Shown here: in pieces, positions 31,793-42,149 of the stretch
Numbering within the stretch: the first letter of the stretch is position 1
Layout: every line of letters begins with the position of its first letter
From: Hydrurus foetidus
Lineage: Eukaryota
Direction: 5' to 3'
Assembly (NCBI GenBank): GCA_900617105.1
Contig: UYFQ01000001.1
Location: forward strand, 4,340,001 to 4,404,000
Length of the DNA stretch: 64,000 nucleotides
Translations under genes and position numbers: made by a program
Notes under the pieces: model-generated
Told to the model about the DNA's origin: nothing
What the model saw: only the letters and a program-made list of their open reading frames with translations
Database searches by the model: none

Positions 31793-33150
31793 CAAGTTCC
31801 TACAGCGAACGGTTGCACAGAGTTATTCCCGGCGGCGCCCATACTTATTCCCGAGGTGATGATCAACACCCCCTCAATGCGCCAGAAATTTTAGTCAGCG
31901 GAAAAGGCGCTTATGTCACGGCGCCTGATGGCCGCACTTTGCTCGACTACGGCATGGGTCTGCGCGCCGTGACTTTGGGATACGCCAATGAACGGGTTAA
32001 CCGCGCGGCAGTTCGAGGTATGGAGTTGGGCGTTAATCTGACGCGTGCATCTGTCGTGGAACTGGAAGCCGCAGAGCGCTTGGTTTCCTTAATTGATGGC
32101 GCTGATATGGTGAAGTTTGCAAAAAACGGATCTAACGTCACCACCGCGGCTGCTAAAGTCGCCCGGGCTTACACACGGCGTCGATATATCTGCGTGCCCC
32201 GGCAGCAACCATTTTTCTCCTTCGACGACTGGTTTATCGGGGCTACACAACTCAGGCGCGGTGTTCCTGCGGAGCACCATGTCGGCACTCTGCTTTTTGA
32301 CTACGGCGATGTGTCTTCTCTTCAAGCACTTTTTGATGCGTATCCAGGCGATATAGCTGGTGTGATGCTTGAGCCGGCCACAACTTTGGGCCCTTGCGAA
32401 ACTTGCCCGAGAAATGACAGGCTAAAGCCGCCAGCATGCATGACCTGCCCAAGCTACAGCGAAAACTTTCTTGTGCAGGTGGAGCGGTTATGCCGCAAAG
32501 AGGGCGCGCTATTTATCTTGGACGAAATGATCACCGGATTTCGGTGGCACCTTAAAGGAGCGCAACATCTTTTTGGCGTTACACCCGATTTGACAACCTT
32601 CGGCAAAGGCATGGCCAACGGATTTGCCGTAGCTGCGCTGCTTGGTAAGCGTGAAATCATGGAGGTCGGGGCCATTAACCTGCCCGGACAGGAACGTACC
32701 TTTCTGATGTCCACCACGCACGGCGGAGAAATGGCCAGTCTGTCAGCGTTTTTAGAAACTGTCGATATTTATGAAGAGTCTGCCGTAGCTGACCATTTAT
32801 GGGACTACGGGGCAAAGTTGATGCTGGGTTTGGAATCTTTGGCGCGAGATGCAGGTGTTGCGCACGCATTTAAATTGCAGGGTAATGCGATTTCAATGAA
32901 CTACGTGACGTTGGGTGAAGATGGTCAACCGAACCTGCAAATGCGTACTTTGTTCGCCCAGGAGATGGTTCGTAACGGTGTGCTGATGCCCTGGATCGCG
33001 CAGAGTTTTGCGCATGGCGACCGCGAACTTGACTGTACCCTGGTGGCTGCACGCAAGGCGCTGGCTGTGTATGCACAAGCCTTGCAGCAGGGGGTTGAGC
33101 ATTTTCTTGAAGGGCCGGCCATAAGACCAGTTTTCAGGCAATTCAATTGA
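31789..33150 (+). CDS. Class III aminotransferase (GSA-aminomutase-like)
   Basis: FILDEMITGFR and TFGKGMANG motifs. Confidence 0.88.
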   Translation: MTSSYSERLHRVIPGGAHTYSRGDDQHPLNAPEILVSGKGAYVTAPDGRTLLDYGMGLRAVTLGYANERVNRAAVRGMELGVNLTRASVVELEAAERLVSLIDGADMVKFAKNGSNVTTAAAKVARAYTRRRYICVPRQQPFFSFDDWFIGATQLRRGVPAEHHVGTLLFDYGDVSSLQALFDAYPGDIAGVMLEPATTLGPCETCPRNDRLKPPACMTCPSYSENFLVQVERLCRKEGALFILDEMITGFRWHLKGAQHLFGVTPDLTTFGKGMANGFAVAALLGKREIMEVGAINLPGQERTFLMSTTHGGEMASLSAFLETVDIYEESAVADHLWDYGAKLMLGLESLARDAGVAHAFKLQGNAISMNYVTLGEDGQPNLQMRTLFAQEMVRNGVLMPWIAQSFAHGDRELDCTLVAARKALAVYAQALQQGVEHFLEGPAIRPVFRQFN

Positions 33151-33944
33151 TGCCCTTTCAACAGCACGACTTCCGCCTGGACGGAAAAATTATCGTCATA
33201 ACAGGCGCTGCAGGCATCTTGGGTGCAGCGGCTGTTGCCCGTTTTATAGAGTCTGGCGCTCGGGTTTGCGCATTGGACGTGGCTGAAGAAGGACTTGACG
33301 CTCTGGGACCTGCGCACGATCAGTTATTGAAGTTACCCGTGAACATCACAAATCGCGATAGTTTGGTTGAAGCTCAGCAAGCATTGGTTAAGCGGTGGGG
33401 TACCGCCGATGTTTTGTTCAACAATGCTGCGACCAAAAGCGAAAACTTTTTCGCCCCCTTTGAAGACTTTCCGTTAAACGACTGGAATGAGGTCATGGCG
33501 GTCAACCTGACCGGTGCCATGTTGTGTTGCCAGGTATTTGGCTCGCCAATGGCCCGACGCAGTAGCGGTGCGATTGTCAACACACTCTCAATTTACGGTG
33601 TGGTAGCGCCTGATCAGCGCATCTACGAGGGCTCGGAGTACCTTGGCCGAGCCATCAACACGCCCGCTATTTATTCGGCCAGTAAAGCTGGCCTGTGGGG
33701 CTTGACCAAATATCTGGCGAGTTACTGGGGGGGGCGCGGCGTACGGGTCAACGCCGTGACTCCAGGCGGCGTGCACAGTGGGCAAAACGAAACGTTCGTT
33801 GAGAAGTATTCCAGTCGCGTACCTTTGGGCCGAATGGCATCGGGTGATGACATTGTTAACGCTATGACTTTCTTGGCAAGTGACGCGTCTGCGTACATCA
33901 ATGGCCATAACCTGGTTGTCGACGGTGGCTGGACCGTATGGTGA
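33150..33944 (+). CDS. SDR oxidoreductase
   Basis: TGAAGILG, YSASK and LVVDGG motifs. Confidence 0.88.
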   Translation: MPFQQHDFRLDGKIIVITGAAGILGAAAVARFIESGARVCALDVAEEGLDALGPAHDQLLKLPVNITNRDSLVEAQQALVKRWGTADVLFNNAATKSENFFAPFEDFPLNDWNEVMAVNLTGAMLCCQVFGSPMARRSSGAIVNTLSIYGVVAPDQRIYEGSEYLGRAINTPAIYSASKAGLWGLTKYLASYWGGRGVRVNAVTPGGVHSGQNETFVEKYSSRVPLGRMASGDDIVNAMTFLASDASAYINGHNLVVDGGWTVW

Positions 33945-34975
33945 AGTCGAATAAGCATGTTTTTGTTATCGCTGAAGCTGGTGTAAATCACAATGGCGAC
34001 GTCGCACTGGCCCTGCAGCTCTGCGACGCTGCTCATAGAGCAGGTGCGGATGCGGTCAAGTTCCAAACATTTCGCGCTGAAGACTTGGTTATTCGTGGTG
34101 CGCCGACAGCTGAGTATCAAGCGCGCCAGACAGGCGATCAAGACCAGTTTTTAATGCTGCAGCGGCTGGAACTTTCTGAAACCCAACACCAGGACATCAA
34201 GGCACATTGCGATGCGATTGGGATCGAATTTTTCTCCACACCGTTTTCGGTCAGCGCGGTAGACATGCTGGTCAAGCTGGGCGTCAAGCGATTAAAGCTT
34301 TCTTCCGGTGAATTAACACACCGTGCTCTGGTAGAGCATGCTGCAGCCAGCCAATTACCGCTGCTCATGTCGACAGGCATGGGCACCATGGAAGAAATCA
34401 CCGAGGCGGTGGCCTGGGTCAATTCAGCGCGTGGGCACCTGCGCAGCGTCGTGGTGTTGCATTGCACGTCTGCTTATCCAGCGCCCGACGACACGCTCAA
34501 CCTCTTGGCTATGAAAAGTATGGCGCGAGACTTGAATGTTGCTGTTGGGTACTCCGATCACAGCTTGGGAATTGAAGCGCCCATTGCAGCTGTTGCGCTG
34601 GGTGCAGGCGTCGTTGAAAAGCACTTGACGCTTGATCAAAAAATGGCCGGCCCCGACCACCGTGCATCGCTTGAACCCGAAGAATTTGCGCGGATGGTTC
34701 AAGGCATTCGCCGCGTCAGCGCCATGCTGGGCGATGGTGTAAAGGCCCCCTTACCTGAAGAGCTGGACACGGCTCGCGTAGCCAGGCGTAGCGTCGTTGC
34801 CGCAGTGAACATTGCTGCAAACGAGGTCATCACCGCTGACATGCTCGTTTGCCGCCGGCCGGCAACTGGTATTGCGCCTCGCGATTTGCAACGAGTTGTC
34901 GGTCAAAGCGCGCGAACTGCGATGGCTGCTGGGTCGGTGCTGCAGTGGGATCAGTTACGCCCAGCTACCCTATGA
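33938..34975 (+). CDS. neuB: Nonulosonic acid synthase (NeuB family)
   Basis: IAEAGVNHNG, VKFQTF, GYSDHS and EKHLT motifs; SAF domain. Confidence 0.93.
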   Translation: MVKSNKHVFVIAEAGVNHNGDVALALQLCDAAHRAGADAVKFQTFRAEDLVIRGAPTAEYQARQTGDQDQFLMLQRLELSETQHQDIKAHCDAIGIEFFSTPFSVSAVDMLVKLGVKRLKLSSGELTHRALVEHAAASQLPLLMSTGMGTMEEITEAVAWVNSARGHLRSVVVLHCTSAYPAPDDTLNLLAMKSMARDLNVAVGYSDHSLGIEAPIAAVALGAGVVEKHLTLDQKMAGPDHRASLEPEEFARMVQGIRRVSAMLGDGVKAPLPEELDTARVARRSVVAAVNIAANEVITADMLVCRRPATGIAPRDLQRVVGQSARTAMAAGSVLQWDQLRPATL

Positions 34976-36117
34976 ATGTCCCTGCGAAGCCTTTGCGAAA
35001 AATTATTTACCTTAGCGGTACGCGTGCTGACTTTGGTTTGATGAAGTCGTCACTTTTGTTGCTTTCAGAGGTGGCCGACCTCAGCATTGCAGTCACCGGC
35101 ATGCACTTGGCACCCGGTTTTGGCCAGACGATTGATGACATTCGTGCGGCTGGTTTGCGAATTTGTGGTGAAGTGCCGATTGACGTCGCGAGCCGCACAG
35201 CACACAGCATGTCCGTGGGTATCGGTGAGTGCCTTATTGGCATGACAGCCCTTTTGCAGCGCGAAAAGCCTGATATCTTGGTGCTGCTGGGTGATCGTGG
35301 GGAAATGCTGTCCGGTGCGATTGCGGCTTTGCATCTTGGCATTGTGTGCGTGCATATTCATGGTGGTGAACGCTCGGGCACGGTAGATGAGCCCGTCAGG
35401 CATGCCATCAGCAAGCTCAGTCATTACCACTTGGTGGCAACATCCGAATCAAAAGAACGCTTGATACGTATGGGTGAGCGCGCAGATGCGGTGCATGTCA
35501 CTGGCGCTCCTGGTCTGGACGGTCTTTTGGAGATCGCTGAGAAGTCAATCAAAGACGTCGAACTGGCGTTGAATCTGCCGCTAAATCAGTCATTTATTTT
35601 GGCGGTTTTTCATCCTGTCGTGCAGCAGGCTTTTGACGCCTACACACAAACCAACAACTTGTTGATGGCTTTGAAAAGAGCGGGGTTACCAGTCATTTGG
35701 CTGGAGCCAAACTCTGATGCTGGCTCGAATGACGTACTCAAAGCGCTGGCTGACATTGGGTTGCCTGCAAGCTCAAGTCAATTCAAACATCTGGACAGGG
35801 GTTTGTTCGCTGCTGCCATGAAGCACTGCTCTGTAATGGTGGGCAACTCATCAGCCGGGATCATTGAGGCGGCTTCGTTTTCAACGCCAGTCATCAATGT
35901 GGGCGACAGACAGCGGTTGCGTGAAAGAAGTGCGAATGTCATGGATGTAGCGCCCGAAGCTCATGCCATCTACACGGCTATTAGAAATGCACTGCAAACC
36001 GGAAAAGTGCCATGTGACAATAGCTACGGTGACGGACAGGCTGGCCCGCGTATTGCCAGTCTTTTGACGACATTTGCCCTAGACCCCTCGGTGCTGGACA
36101 AGTCCAACAGTTACTAA
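34972..36117 (+). CDS. neuC: Hydrolysing NDP-sugar 2-epimerase (NeuC family)
   Basis: GTRADFG, LGDRGE, HIHGGE and GNSSAGIIEA motifs. Confidence 0.92.
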   Translation: MNVPAKPLRKIIYLSGTRADFGLMKSSLLLLSEVADLSIAVTGMHLAPGFGQTIDDIRAAGLRICGEVPIDVASRTAHSMSVGIGECLIGMTALLQREKPDILVLLGDRGEMLSGAIAALHLGIVCVHIHGGERSGTVDEPVRHAISKLSHYHLVATSESKERLIRMGERADAVHVTGAPGLDGLLEIAEKSIKDVELALNLPLNQSFILAVFHPVVQQAFDAYTQTNNLLMALKRAGLPVIWLEPNSDAGSNDVLKALADIGLPASSSQFKHLDRGLFAAAMKHCSVMVGNSSAGIIEAASFSTPVINVGDRQRLRERSANVMDVAPEAHAIYTAIRNALQTGKVPCDNSYGDGQAGPRIASLLTTFALDPSVLDKSNSY

Positions 36118-36154
36118 AAAGCTACTGAACAATAACCCTTTTGGCCGCCTCGAC

Positions 36155-36793
36155 ATGAGTTCTCCCAAGTCATTTGACGCAGCGCCCCCTCTGTTGATAT
36201 TTGGAGCGGGTGGTCATGGGCGTGTATTGGCTGATGCAGCGCTGCTCGCGTACAAGTGGAGCCGTATTGTTGTGTCAGACCGCGCACTTCCCGCGAATCA
36301 GTCCGAACTTTTGCCAAGTGTCAGCCTGCTTGAGGCCGACGTTGCGTTAGCGTTGGACCCCTTGGTTCATATTGCTATCGGTAACAACCACTTCAGGCAA
36401 AAAGAGGCTGGCGCATGGGGGCATGAGCGCTTGGTATCGATTGTGCATCCTGCGGCTGTGGTTTCAGTTTTTAGCAATTTGGGCTCTGGTTGCTTTGTGG
36501 CGGCTGGTGCTGTTATCGGACCTTTGGCGCAGCTTGGCATGGGCGTTATCGTCAACCATGGTGCCGTGGTTGATCATGACGTTGAAGTTGGCGCGTTTTC
36601 ACATATTGCCCCCAACGCGGCGTTGGGTGGGCATGTCAAACTTGGCCAGCGCGTACTCATTGGCAGTGGCGCTACGGTGCTCCCATCTGTCGAGATCGGT
36701 GACGACGTGATCGTCGGAGCTGGCGCTGTGGTGAATGCAAATCTTTTGGAGCCTGGTACGTACGCAGGCATTCCAGCAAGGAAAATCTTATGA
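36155..36793 (+). CDS. NeuD/PglD-family acetyltransferase
   Basis: GAGGHG, hexapeptide repeats, VDHD. Confidence 0.9.
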   Translation: MSSPKSFDAAPPLLIFGAGGHGRVLADAALLAYKWSRIVVSDRALPANQSELLPSVSLLEADVALALDPLVHIAIGNNHFRQKEAGAWGHERLVSIVHPAAVVSVFSNLGSGCFVAAGAVIGPLAQLGMGVIVNHGAVVDHDVEVGAFSHIAPNAALGGHVKLGQRVLIGSGATVLPSVEIGDDVIVGAGAVVNANLLEPGTYAGIPARKIL

Positions 36794-38295
36794 GCCCCAG
36801 CGAACTTCAACTGCTGTGCGTCAAACCAGCCATGACCTTGCGCGATACCTTGATGCGCATGGAGCAAGCAACGCGCGGTATTTTGTTGGTGCTTGATGAC
36901 CATGGCAAATTAGCGCGAACTTTGACCGACGGCGATTTACGCAGGGCTATTTTGAAGGGTTTGGGCGACTCCTCTTTATTGAACGACTTGCCAGCAGCCA
37001 CCCCGATCACTGTCAATGAGGAAGCAAACTCCGCTGATGTCCTTCGCATCATGGATGCGCATCAAATTGATCACTTACCGGTTCTGGACGCTGCTTCAAA
37101 GCCCGTAGATGTGATTTTCCGTCGCGAGTTGTCGCAACGCATCTGGTTGTCTTCACCGCATTTGGGCGATGAGGAAACGGCCTTTGTTGAAGAGGCTTTC
37201 AAATCAAACTGGATCGCCCCGATGGGCCCCCACGTAAATGCGTTTGAGACTGAACTGGCAACCCATGTCGGCGTGGGGTACGCTGCGGCCGTCAGTTCGG
37301 GCACTGCAGCTATTCATTTAGGCTTGATTCTTTTAGGCGTAAAGTCTGGTGATACCGTTTTCTGCTCGTCGTTGACTTTTGTAGGCAGTTGTAACCCTAT
37401 TTTGTATTGCGGCGCTCGGCCGGTTTTCATAGACTCCGAGCCATCCACCTGGAACATGTCTCCCAATGCACTCGAGCAGGCCTTTATCTGGGCCAAGCGG
37501 GAAAATCGTTTACCGGCTTGCGTCATCCTCGTGAACCTTTATGGACAGAGTGCCGATATGGACGCGCTGCTCCCCATTTGCGAGCTTTATGGTGTCCCCG
37601 TGCTGGAAGACGCCGCAGAGTCCCTCGGTGCTAGCTATAAAGGTAAGGCCAGCGGTGCCTTTGGCCGCGTTGCCGTTTACTCGTTTAACGGAAATAAGAT
37701 CATTACCACTTCGGGTGGCGGTATGCTCGTTGCGGACGACCCTGACTTAGTCGCTCGCTCGCGCAAACTGGCTACGCAAGCGCGGGAGCCTGCTGCCCAC
37801 TACGAACATGTTGAAGTGGGTTTTAACTATCGCATGAGCAACATCCTGGCTGGTATCGGCAGGGGCCAACTGAAGGTCTTGACGCAGCGCGTGATGCAGC
37901 GCAGGCGCGTGCACGAACGCTACGCCGAAGCTTTCGCAGACTTGGCGCAAATTCAGTGGATGCCCGAGCCTGACGATTACCACTCCACCCGCTGGTTGAC
38001 CTGCTTTACGCTAAAAGGACCGGATGCGTCTCAGAGATGTGGGCAGATCATGCGGGCGCTAGAGCGCCACCAAATTGAAGCACGGCCTGTCTGGAAGCCC
38101 ATGCACATGCAGCCGTTGTTCAACGGCGCACCGTATTTCTCGCACGCATCTGGCACAGATGTTTCTGCAAATCTTTTTCAGACAGGTATTTGCCTTCCAT
38201 CTGGCTCAAACCTGAGCGAGGCAGAGCAAGACAGGGTGATCGATAACTTGCGTCACGCGCTGGCAATAACTAGCGAGCGTCATGCTGTTGCGTAA
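36790..38295 (+). CDS. CBS-domain + DegT/DnrJ sugar aminotransferase fusion
   Basis: N-terminal LTDGDLRR CBS pair; C-terminal SSGTAA, EDAAE and SFNGNKIITTSGGG. Confidence 0.88.
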   Translation: MSPSELQLLCVKPAMTLRDTLMRMEQATRGILLVLDDHGKLARTLTDGDLRRAILKGLGDSSLLNDLPAATPITVNEEANSADVLRIMDAHQIDHLPVLDAASKPVDVIFRRELSQRIWLSSPHLGDEETAFVEEAFKSNWIAPMGPHVNAFETELATHVGVGYAAAVSSGTAAIHLGLILLGVKSGDTVFCSSLTFVGSCNPILYCGARPVFIDSEPSTWNMSPNALEQAFIWAKRENRLPACVILVNLYGQSADMDALLPICELYGVPVLEDAAESLGASYKGKASGAFGRVAVYSFNGNKIITTSGGGMLVADDPDLVARSRKLATQAREPAAHYEHVEVGFNYRMSNILAGIGRGQLKVLTQRVMQRRRVHERYAEAFADLAQIQWMPEPDDYHSTRWLTCFTLKGPDASQRCGQIMRALERHQIEARPVWKPMHMQPLFNGAPYFSHASGTDVSANLFQTGICLPSGSNLSEAEQDRVIDNLRHALAITSERHAVA

Positions 38296-40090
38296 AGATG
38301 TTTTTCCATTTTGGGCGATTGACGTCGCACTGGTCGGCCTAGCCTGGTGGCTAGCCTTCTGGCTCCGCTTCAACTTCGATATTCCCCAAGAGTTTGAAGC
38401 GGTGGCGCTGCAGAGTGCCCGATGGATGTTGCCTTGCTTCATCATTGGATTGGCGGCAGCCAAGGTATACCGCCAAGTGTGGCGCTATATCGGCCTTCCT
38501 GAGCTGCGGCAGCTTGGCTGGGGCGTGTTGGTGTCTGGTGTGTTGTCTGCGGTCGTCATTTTGATGCTGCGGGTGCCTTCGTTTCCGCGCTCGGTGTTGT
38601 TGTTGCACCCATTGGTTGCGCTGGTATTGCTGGGTGCCGCGCGGGCGGGCTGGCGTACAGTTACTGAACAAACCAAGCTCGCCGACGGCTCCAAGCCGCT
38701 GCTGATTATTGGCTCGCTTAAAGACGCTGCCGATGCCTTACGTGCCTTGAAGGGGTCTGCGCAGTGGCATTGCGTGGGAATTGCGTCGCCACTGGCCGCA
38801 GACCAAGGTGCTTACCTCAATCAGATTCCGGTGTTGGGCTTGCCAGCTTCGGTGGCAACCATCGCGCAGGCGACTGGCGCCACTACAGCTTTGATAGCTA
38901 GCCCGCCCGGCTCTGAGGTGCGGCGCGATGTGCTGCTTAAATCGACCCAAGCTGGCCTCACTCTTTTAACCATGCCTCGGCCAGACGAATGGCTGCGCAG
39001 TGACGGCTCTAGCCCCCGAAAAATCGAGCTTGAAGACCTGTTGGGTCGGCAGGCGGTGGAACTCAACCTGCAGGGGCTGGGTGAGCTTTTTGCGGGTAAA
39101 ACGGTGTGTGTGTCAGGCGCTGGCGGCTCGATTGGTGCGGAGCTTTGCCGCCAGATTGCGCGCTTGGGCGCGCTTCGGCTGGTTTGTATTGACTCTTCAG
39201 AAATCGCAGTTTACAAGCTGGAACAAGAGCTGCGTGAAGCGCACCCGCAAATGCAGGGCCTGTACTACACCGCCAACGTGCGCGAGCTTGACCGGCTGCG
39301 CGCCATTGCCATGCAGCACAAGCCGTCGGTGTTTTTTCATGCGGCGGCGTACAAGCATGTGCCGCTGATGGAGTCGCACAACGAGATTGAAGCCGTTCGC
39401 ACCAACATTTTGGGTACGTTGCATGCAGCCCGTGCGGCGGGTGAGTGCGGGGCGCAAAAGTTTGTGTTGATCTCAACCGACAAAGCCGTTAACCCGACCA
39501 ACATCATGGGCGCGACCAAGCGCATGGCCGAGCTGGTGGTGCAAAGCGTGGCGCTTGAATTTGCTGCGACGTCTTATGTGTCCGTACGCTTTGGTAACGT
39601 GCTGGGTTCTAGTGGGTCGGTGGTGCCGCTGTTTACAGAGCAGATTGCCAAGGGCGGGCCAATCACGGTCACTCACCCCGACATCGTGCGCTACTTCATG
39701 ACGATTCCCGAAGCCGCTCGCTTGGTGCTGCAGGCGGGCTTGATGGGCAGCAGCGGCCAAATTTATGTGCTGGACATGGGCGAGCCCATGAAAATTGCAG
39801 AGCTGGCCCGCATGATGATTCGGCTTTCGGGCAAAAGCGAGCAAGACATTCCGCTGTCATTTACTGGCTTGCGCCCGGGCGAAAAGCTGTTTGAAGAGCT
39901 GCTGGCCAACGATGAAACCACCGAACCTACGCCGCACCCCAAATTGCGTGTCGCCAAAAGTTCGGGATTGCAGGCCGTACAGATTACAGCTGTTGTTCGC
40001 TGGATAGATGAGGCTGGCCCGTCCCCAAGCAGTCAGCACGTCAGGCAGTGGCTGCGCAGCCAGGTGCCAGAGTACAAATCACCTGCCTAA
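38282..40090 (+). CDS. Membrane NDP-sugar 4,6-dehydratase (PglF/WbpM-like)
   Basis: GAGGSIG, HAAAYKHVP and STDKAVNPTNIMGATK motifs. Confidence 0.92.
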   Translation: MLLRKDVFPFWAIDVALVGLAWWLAFWLRFNFDIPQEFEAVALQSARWMLPCFIIGLAAAKVYRQVWRYIGLPELRQLGWGVLVSGVLSAVVILMLRVPSFPRSVLLLHPLVALVLLGAARAGWRTVTEQTKLADGSKPLLIIGSLKDAADALRALKGSAQWHCVGIASPLAADQGAYLNQIPVLGLPASVATIAQATGATTALIASPPGSEVRRDVLLKSTQAGLTLLTMPRPDEWLRSDGSSPRKIELEDLLGRQAVELNLQGLGELFAGKTVCVSGAGGSIGAELCRQIARLGALRLVCIDSSEIAVYKLEQELREAHPQMQGLYYTANVRELDRLRAIAMQHKPSVFFHAAAYKHVPLMESHNEIEAVRTNILGTLHAARAAGECGAQKFVLISTDKAVNPTNIMGATKRMAELVVQSVALEFAATSYVSVRFGNVLGSSGSVVPLFTEQIAKGGPITVTHPDIVRYFMTIPEAARLVLQAGLMGSSGQIYVLDMGEPMKIAELARMMIRLSGKSEQDIPLSFTGLRPGEKLFEELLANDETTEPTPHPKLRVAKSSGLQAVQITAVVRWIDEAGPSPSSQHVRQWLRSQVPEYKSPA

Positions 40091-40149
40091 TGTGGTGGGT
40101 GAGGGGGTAGTTGCACCCGCAAGTTGAACAAACGCTCGCGTCCTCACGC

Positions 40150-40821
40150 TTAAAACGAAATCCCGGTGCGCTCCAAAATGTCGCTGACCAGCTCCAGGCG
40201 AACCAGCGGGTTGTCCAGCACCATCAGGCGCTGCTTGAGCTCAACCGGAATCGGCAAAAGCTCGCACCAGCGATTGGCCACCCAGCCGCAATCGTCGAGC
40301 AAGTAGGGCGCCAGCACCGGCATTTGGTCAGCCGTGATGCCGCGCTGCTGCAGTGTTTTGATCAATTTGCCGAGCGCGTTGGCGCATGACTGAAGATCAG
40401 TCGGCACGTTGACTTCGATGTCGCTGCGCTGCCGCTCAACGTCCGCAATCCACAGGCCGTGCTTAAGCTTTTCCCGATTTGAAATCATAAAGCGCTGTGC
40501 GCCTTCGCAGCGAATGACCATTAACCCAGGTTGCGGAACTGAAAACTCGGTGATGGTGGCCAGCGTGCCGATGGTGTTGAAGTCTTCTGTGGCAAAGCCG
40601 TCTGCATTCGGATTATTTTGCGCATTGGCCGGGTCGGCCCTGCGCACTTCAGAGCCTTCCGTGAGCGCCACCACGCCAAACGGCGCGCCTGTTTTGTGAC
40701 ATTTGCCGATCATGTCAAGGTAGCGCACTTCAAAAATCCGCAGCGGCAAAAGTCCGCCCGGGTAAAGCACCGTCCCCAGTGGGAACAGTGGCAAGGACGA
40801 CAAGATAAGACTTTCAGACAT
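40150..40821 (-). CDS. LON peptidase substrate-binding domain protein
   Basis: LPLFPLGTVLYPGGLLPLRIFEVRY. Confidence 0.88.
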   Translation of the reverse strand: MSESLILSSLPLFPLGTVLYPGGLLPLRIFEVRYLDMIGKCHKTGAPFGVVALTEGSEVRRADPANAQNNPNADGFATEDFNTIGTLATITEFSVPQPGLMVIRCEGAQRFMISNREKLKHGLWIADVERQRSDIEVNVPTDLQSCANALGKLIKTLQQRGITADQMPVLAPYLLDDCGWVANRWCELLPIPVELKQRLMVLDNPLVRLELVSDILERTGISF

Positions 40822-40989
40822 GAACAGCGCTTTAAGGTGAGCGGGGCGGTTATGAAGTGTCTGAAATCATCTCACAACACGATTGACCTGTGGGTTTGGT
40901 CGGCTCTGCATGCGGTGAAGACTAAAGTTGGTTAGCTGATCCGAAATTGGCCATATCAGGGCAAAAATACGCCACTTAAGTGCTTTTTA

Positions 40990-41030
40990 CTCAATAAATA
41001 CGGGCGCGAGCAGCTACTAACTATATAGCG
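40990..41030 (-). repeat. REP-like family copy
   Basis: CAATAAATACGGGCGCGAGCAGCTACTAACTATATAGCG. Confidence 0.9.
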
Positions 41031-41042
41031 CTTCCAGCGCCA

Positions 41043-41915
41043 TCAAGCCACGGCATCGGCTGGCTGCCTGAGCAGCATTGCCAAGGTCGAGGCGACGGTT
41101 TTGCGCAGCTCACGGCGGTCGCAGATCAAGTCAATAGCGCCTTTGGTTTGCAAGAACTCCGAGCGCTGAAACCCCTCTGGCAGCGTGACTCGCACCGTAG
41201 ATTCAATCACGCGCGGGCCAGCAAAGCCAATTAGGGCTTTGGGTTCGGCAACCACCACGTCACCCAAAAAGGCAAACCCTGCCGACACGCCGCCCATGGT
41301 CGGGTCGGTCAGAACGCTGATGTACGGCAGCCCTTTTTTGGCTAGTCGGGTTAGGGCGGCGTTGGTTTTTGCCATTTGCATCAAGGAAAGGAGCCCCTCT
41401 TGCATTCGCGCGCCACCCGTTGCGGTAAAGCAGATAAACGGCACTTTTTGCTCAATAGCGGCGTGTACGCCGCGCACAAAGCGCTCGCCGACCACGCTGC
41501 CCATGCTGCCACCCATAAAGTCAAACTCAAAACACGCCGCCACTACGCCGATGCTGTGCACTGCGCCACCCATCACAATCAGCGCGTCAGTCTCGCCCGT
41601 GGTTTCAAGTGCTTCTTTCAAGCGCTCAGGGTATTTGCGGCTGTCTTTGAACTTGAGCGGGTCGATTGGCATCACCTCCTGGCCCAACTCGTAACGGCCT
41701 TCTGGGTCTAAAAAAGCGTCCAGCCGCTGGCGCGCGCCAATGCGGTGATGGTGACTGCATTGCGGGCACACATTCTGGTTTTTTTCAAGGTCAGTCTTGT
41801 ACAAAACCGCTTCGCAACTGGGGCATTTGATCCACAGCCCTTCAGGCACGCTGCGGCGCTCTGCTGGGTCAGTTGGAGATATTTTGGGGGGAAGAAGTTT
41901 TTCTAACCAAGACAT
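41043..41915 (-). CDS. accD: Acetyl-CoA carboxylase carboxyltransferase beta
   Basis: Zn finger, FMGGSMG and GGARMQE motifs. Confidence 0.97.
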   Translation of the reverse strand: MSWLEKLLPPKISPTDPAERRSVPEGLWIKCPSCEAVLYKTDLEKNQNVCPQCSHHHRIGARQRLDAFLDPEGRYELGQEVMPIDPLKFKDSRKYPERLKEALETTGETDALIVMGGAVHSIGVVAACFEFDFMGGSMGSVVGERFVRGVHAAIEQKVPFICFTATGGARMQEGLLSLMQMAKTNAALTRLAKKGLPYISVLTDPTMGGVSAGFAFLGDVVVAEPKALIGFAGPRVIESTVRVTLPEGFQRSEFLQTKGAIDLICDRRELRKTVASTLAMLLRQPADAVA

Positions 41916-42014
41916 AAATAAAGTCCTTAAGGCAGTTCATCAACGCTGCATAGCTGGGGTGCAAATGCTGTTCAGGGGCTAAAAAAGGCTAAAAATACGG
42001 TGAATTCGAGCGTT

Positions 42015-42057
42015 CAGGCAACTAAAACGGGCGCGAGCAGCTCATATTTTAATAGCG
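42015..42057 (-). repeat. REP-like family copy
   Basis: ACGGGCGCGAGCAGCTCATATTTTAATAGCG. Confidence 0.85.
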
Positions 42058-42149
42058 TTTGACTTCAATTTGGTTTCTGAACTTTATTGCAATACCGGTA
42101 GAAGCTGGGCAACAAAAAGCGGCGCTTTGCTGCCGAAACAGGCATCAGT

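Noticed and set aside
31789..33150. hemL for heme biosynthesis
   Set aside because: It is translationally coupled inside a glycan cluster, so a sugar aminotransferase role is more plausible.
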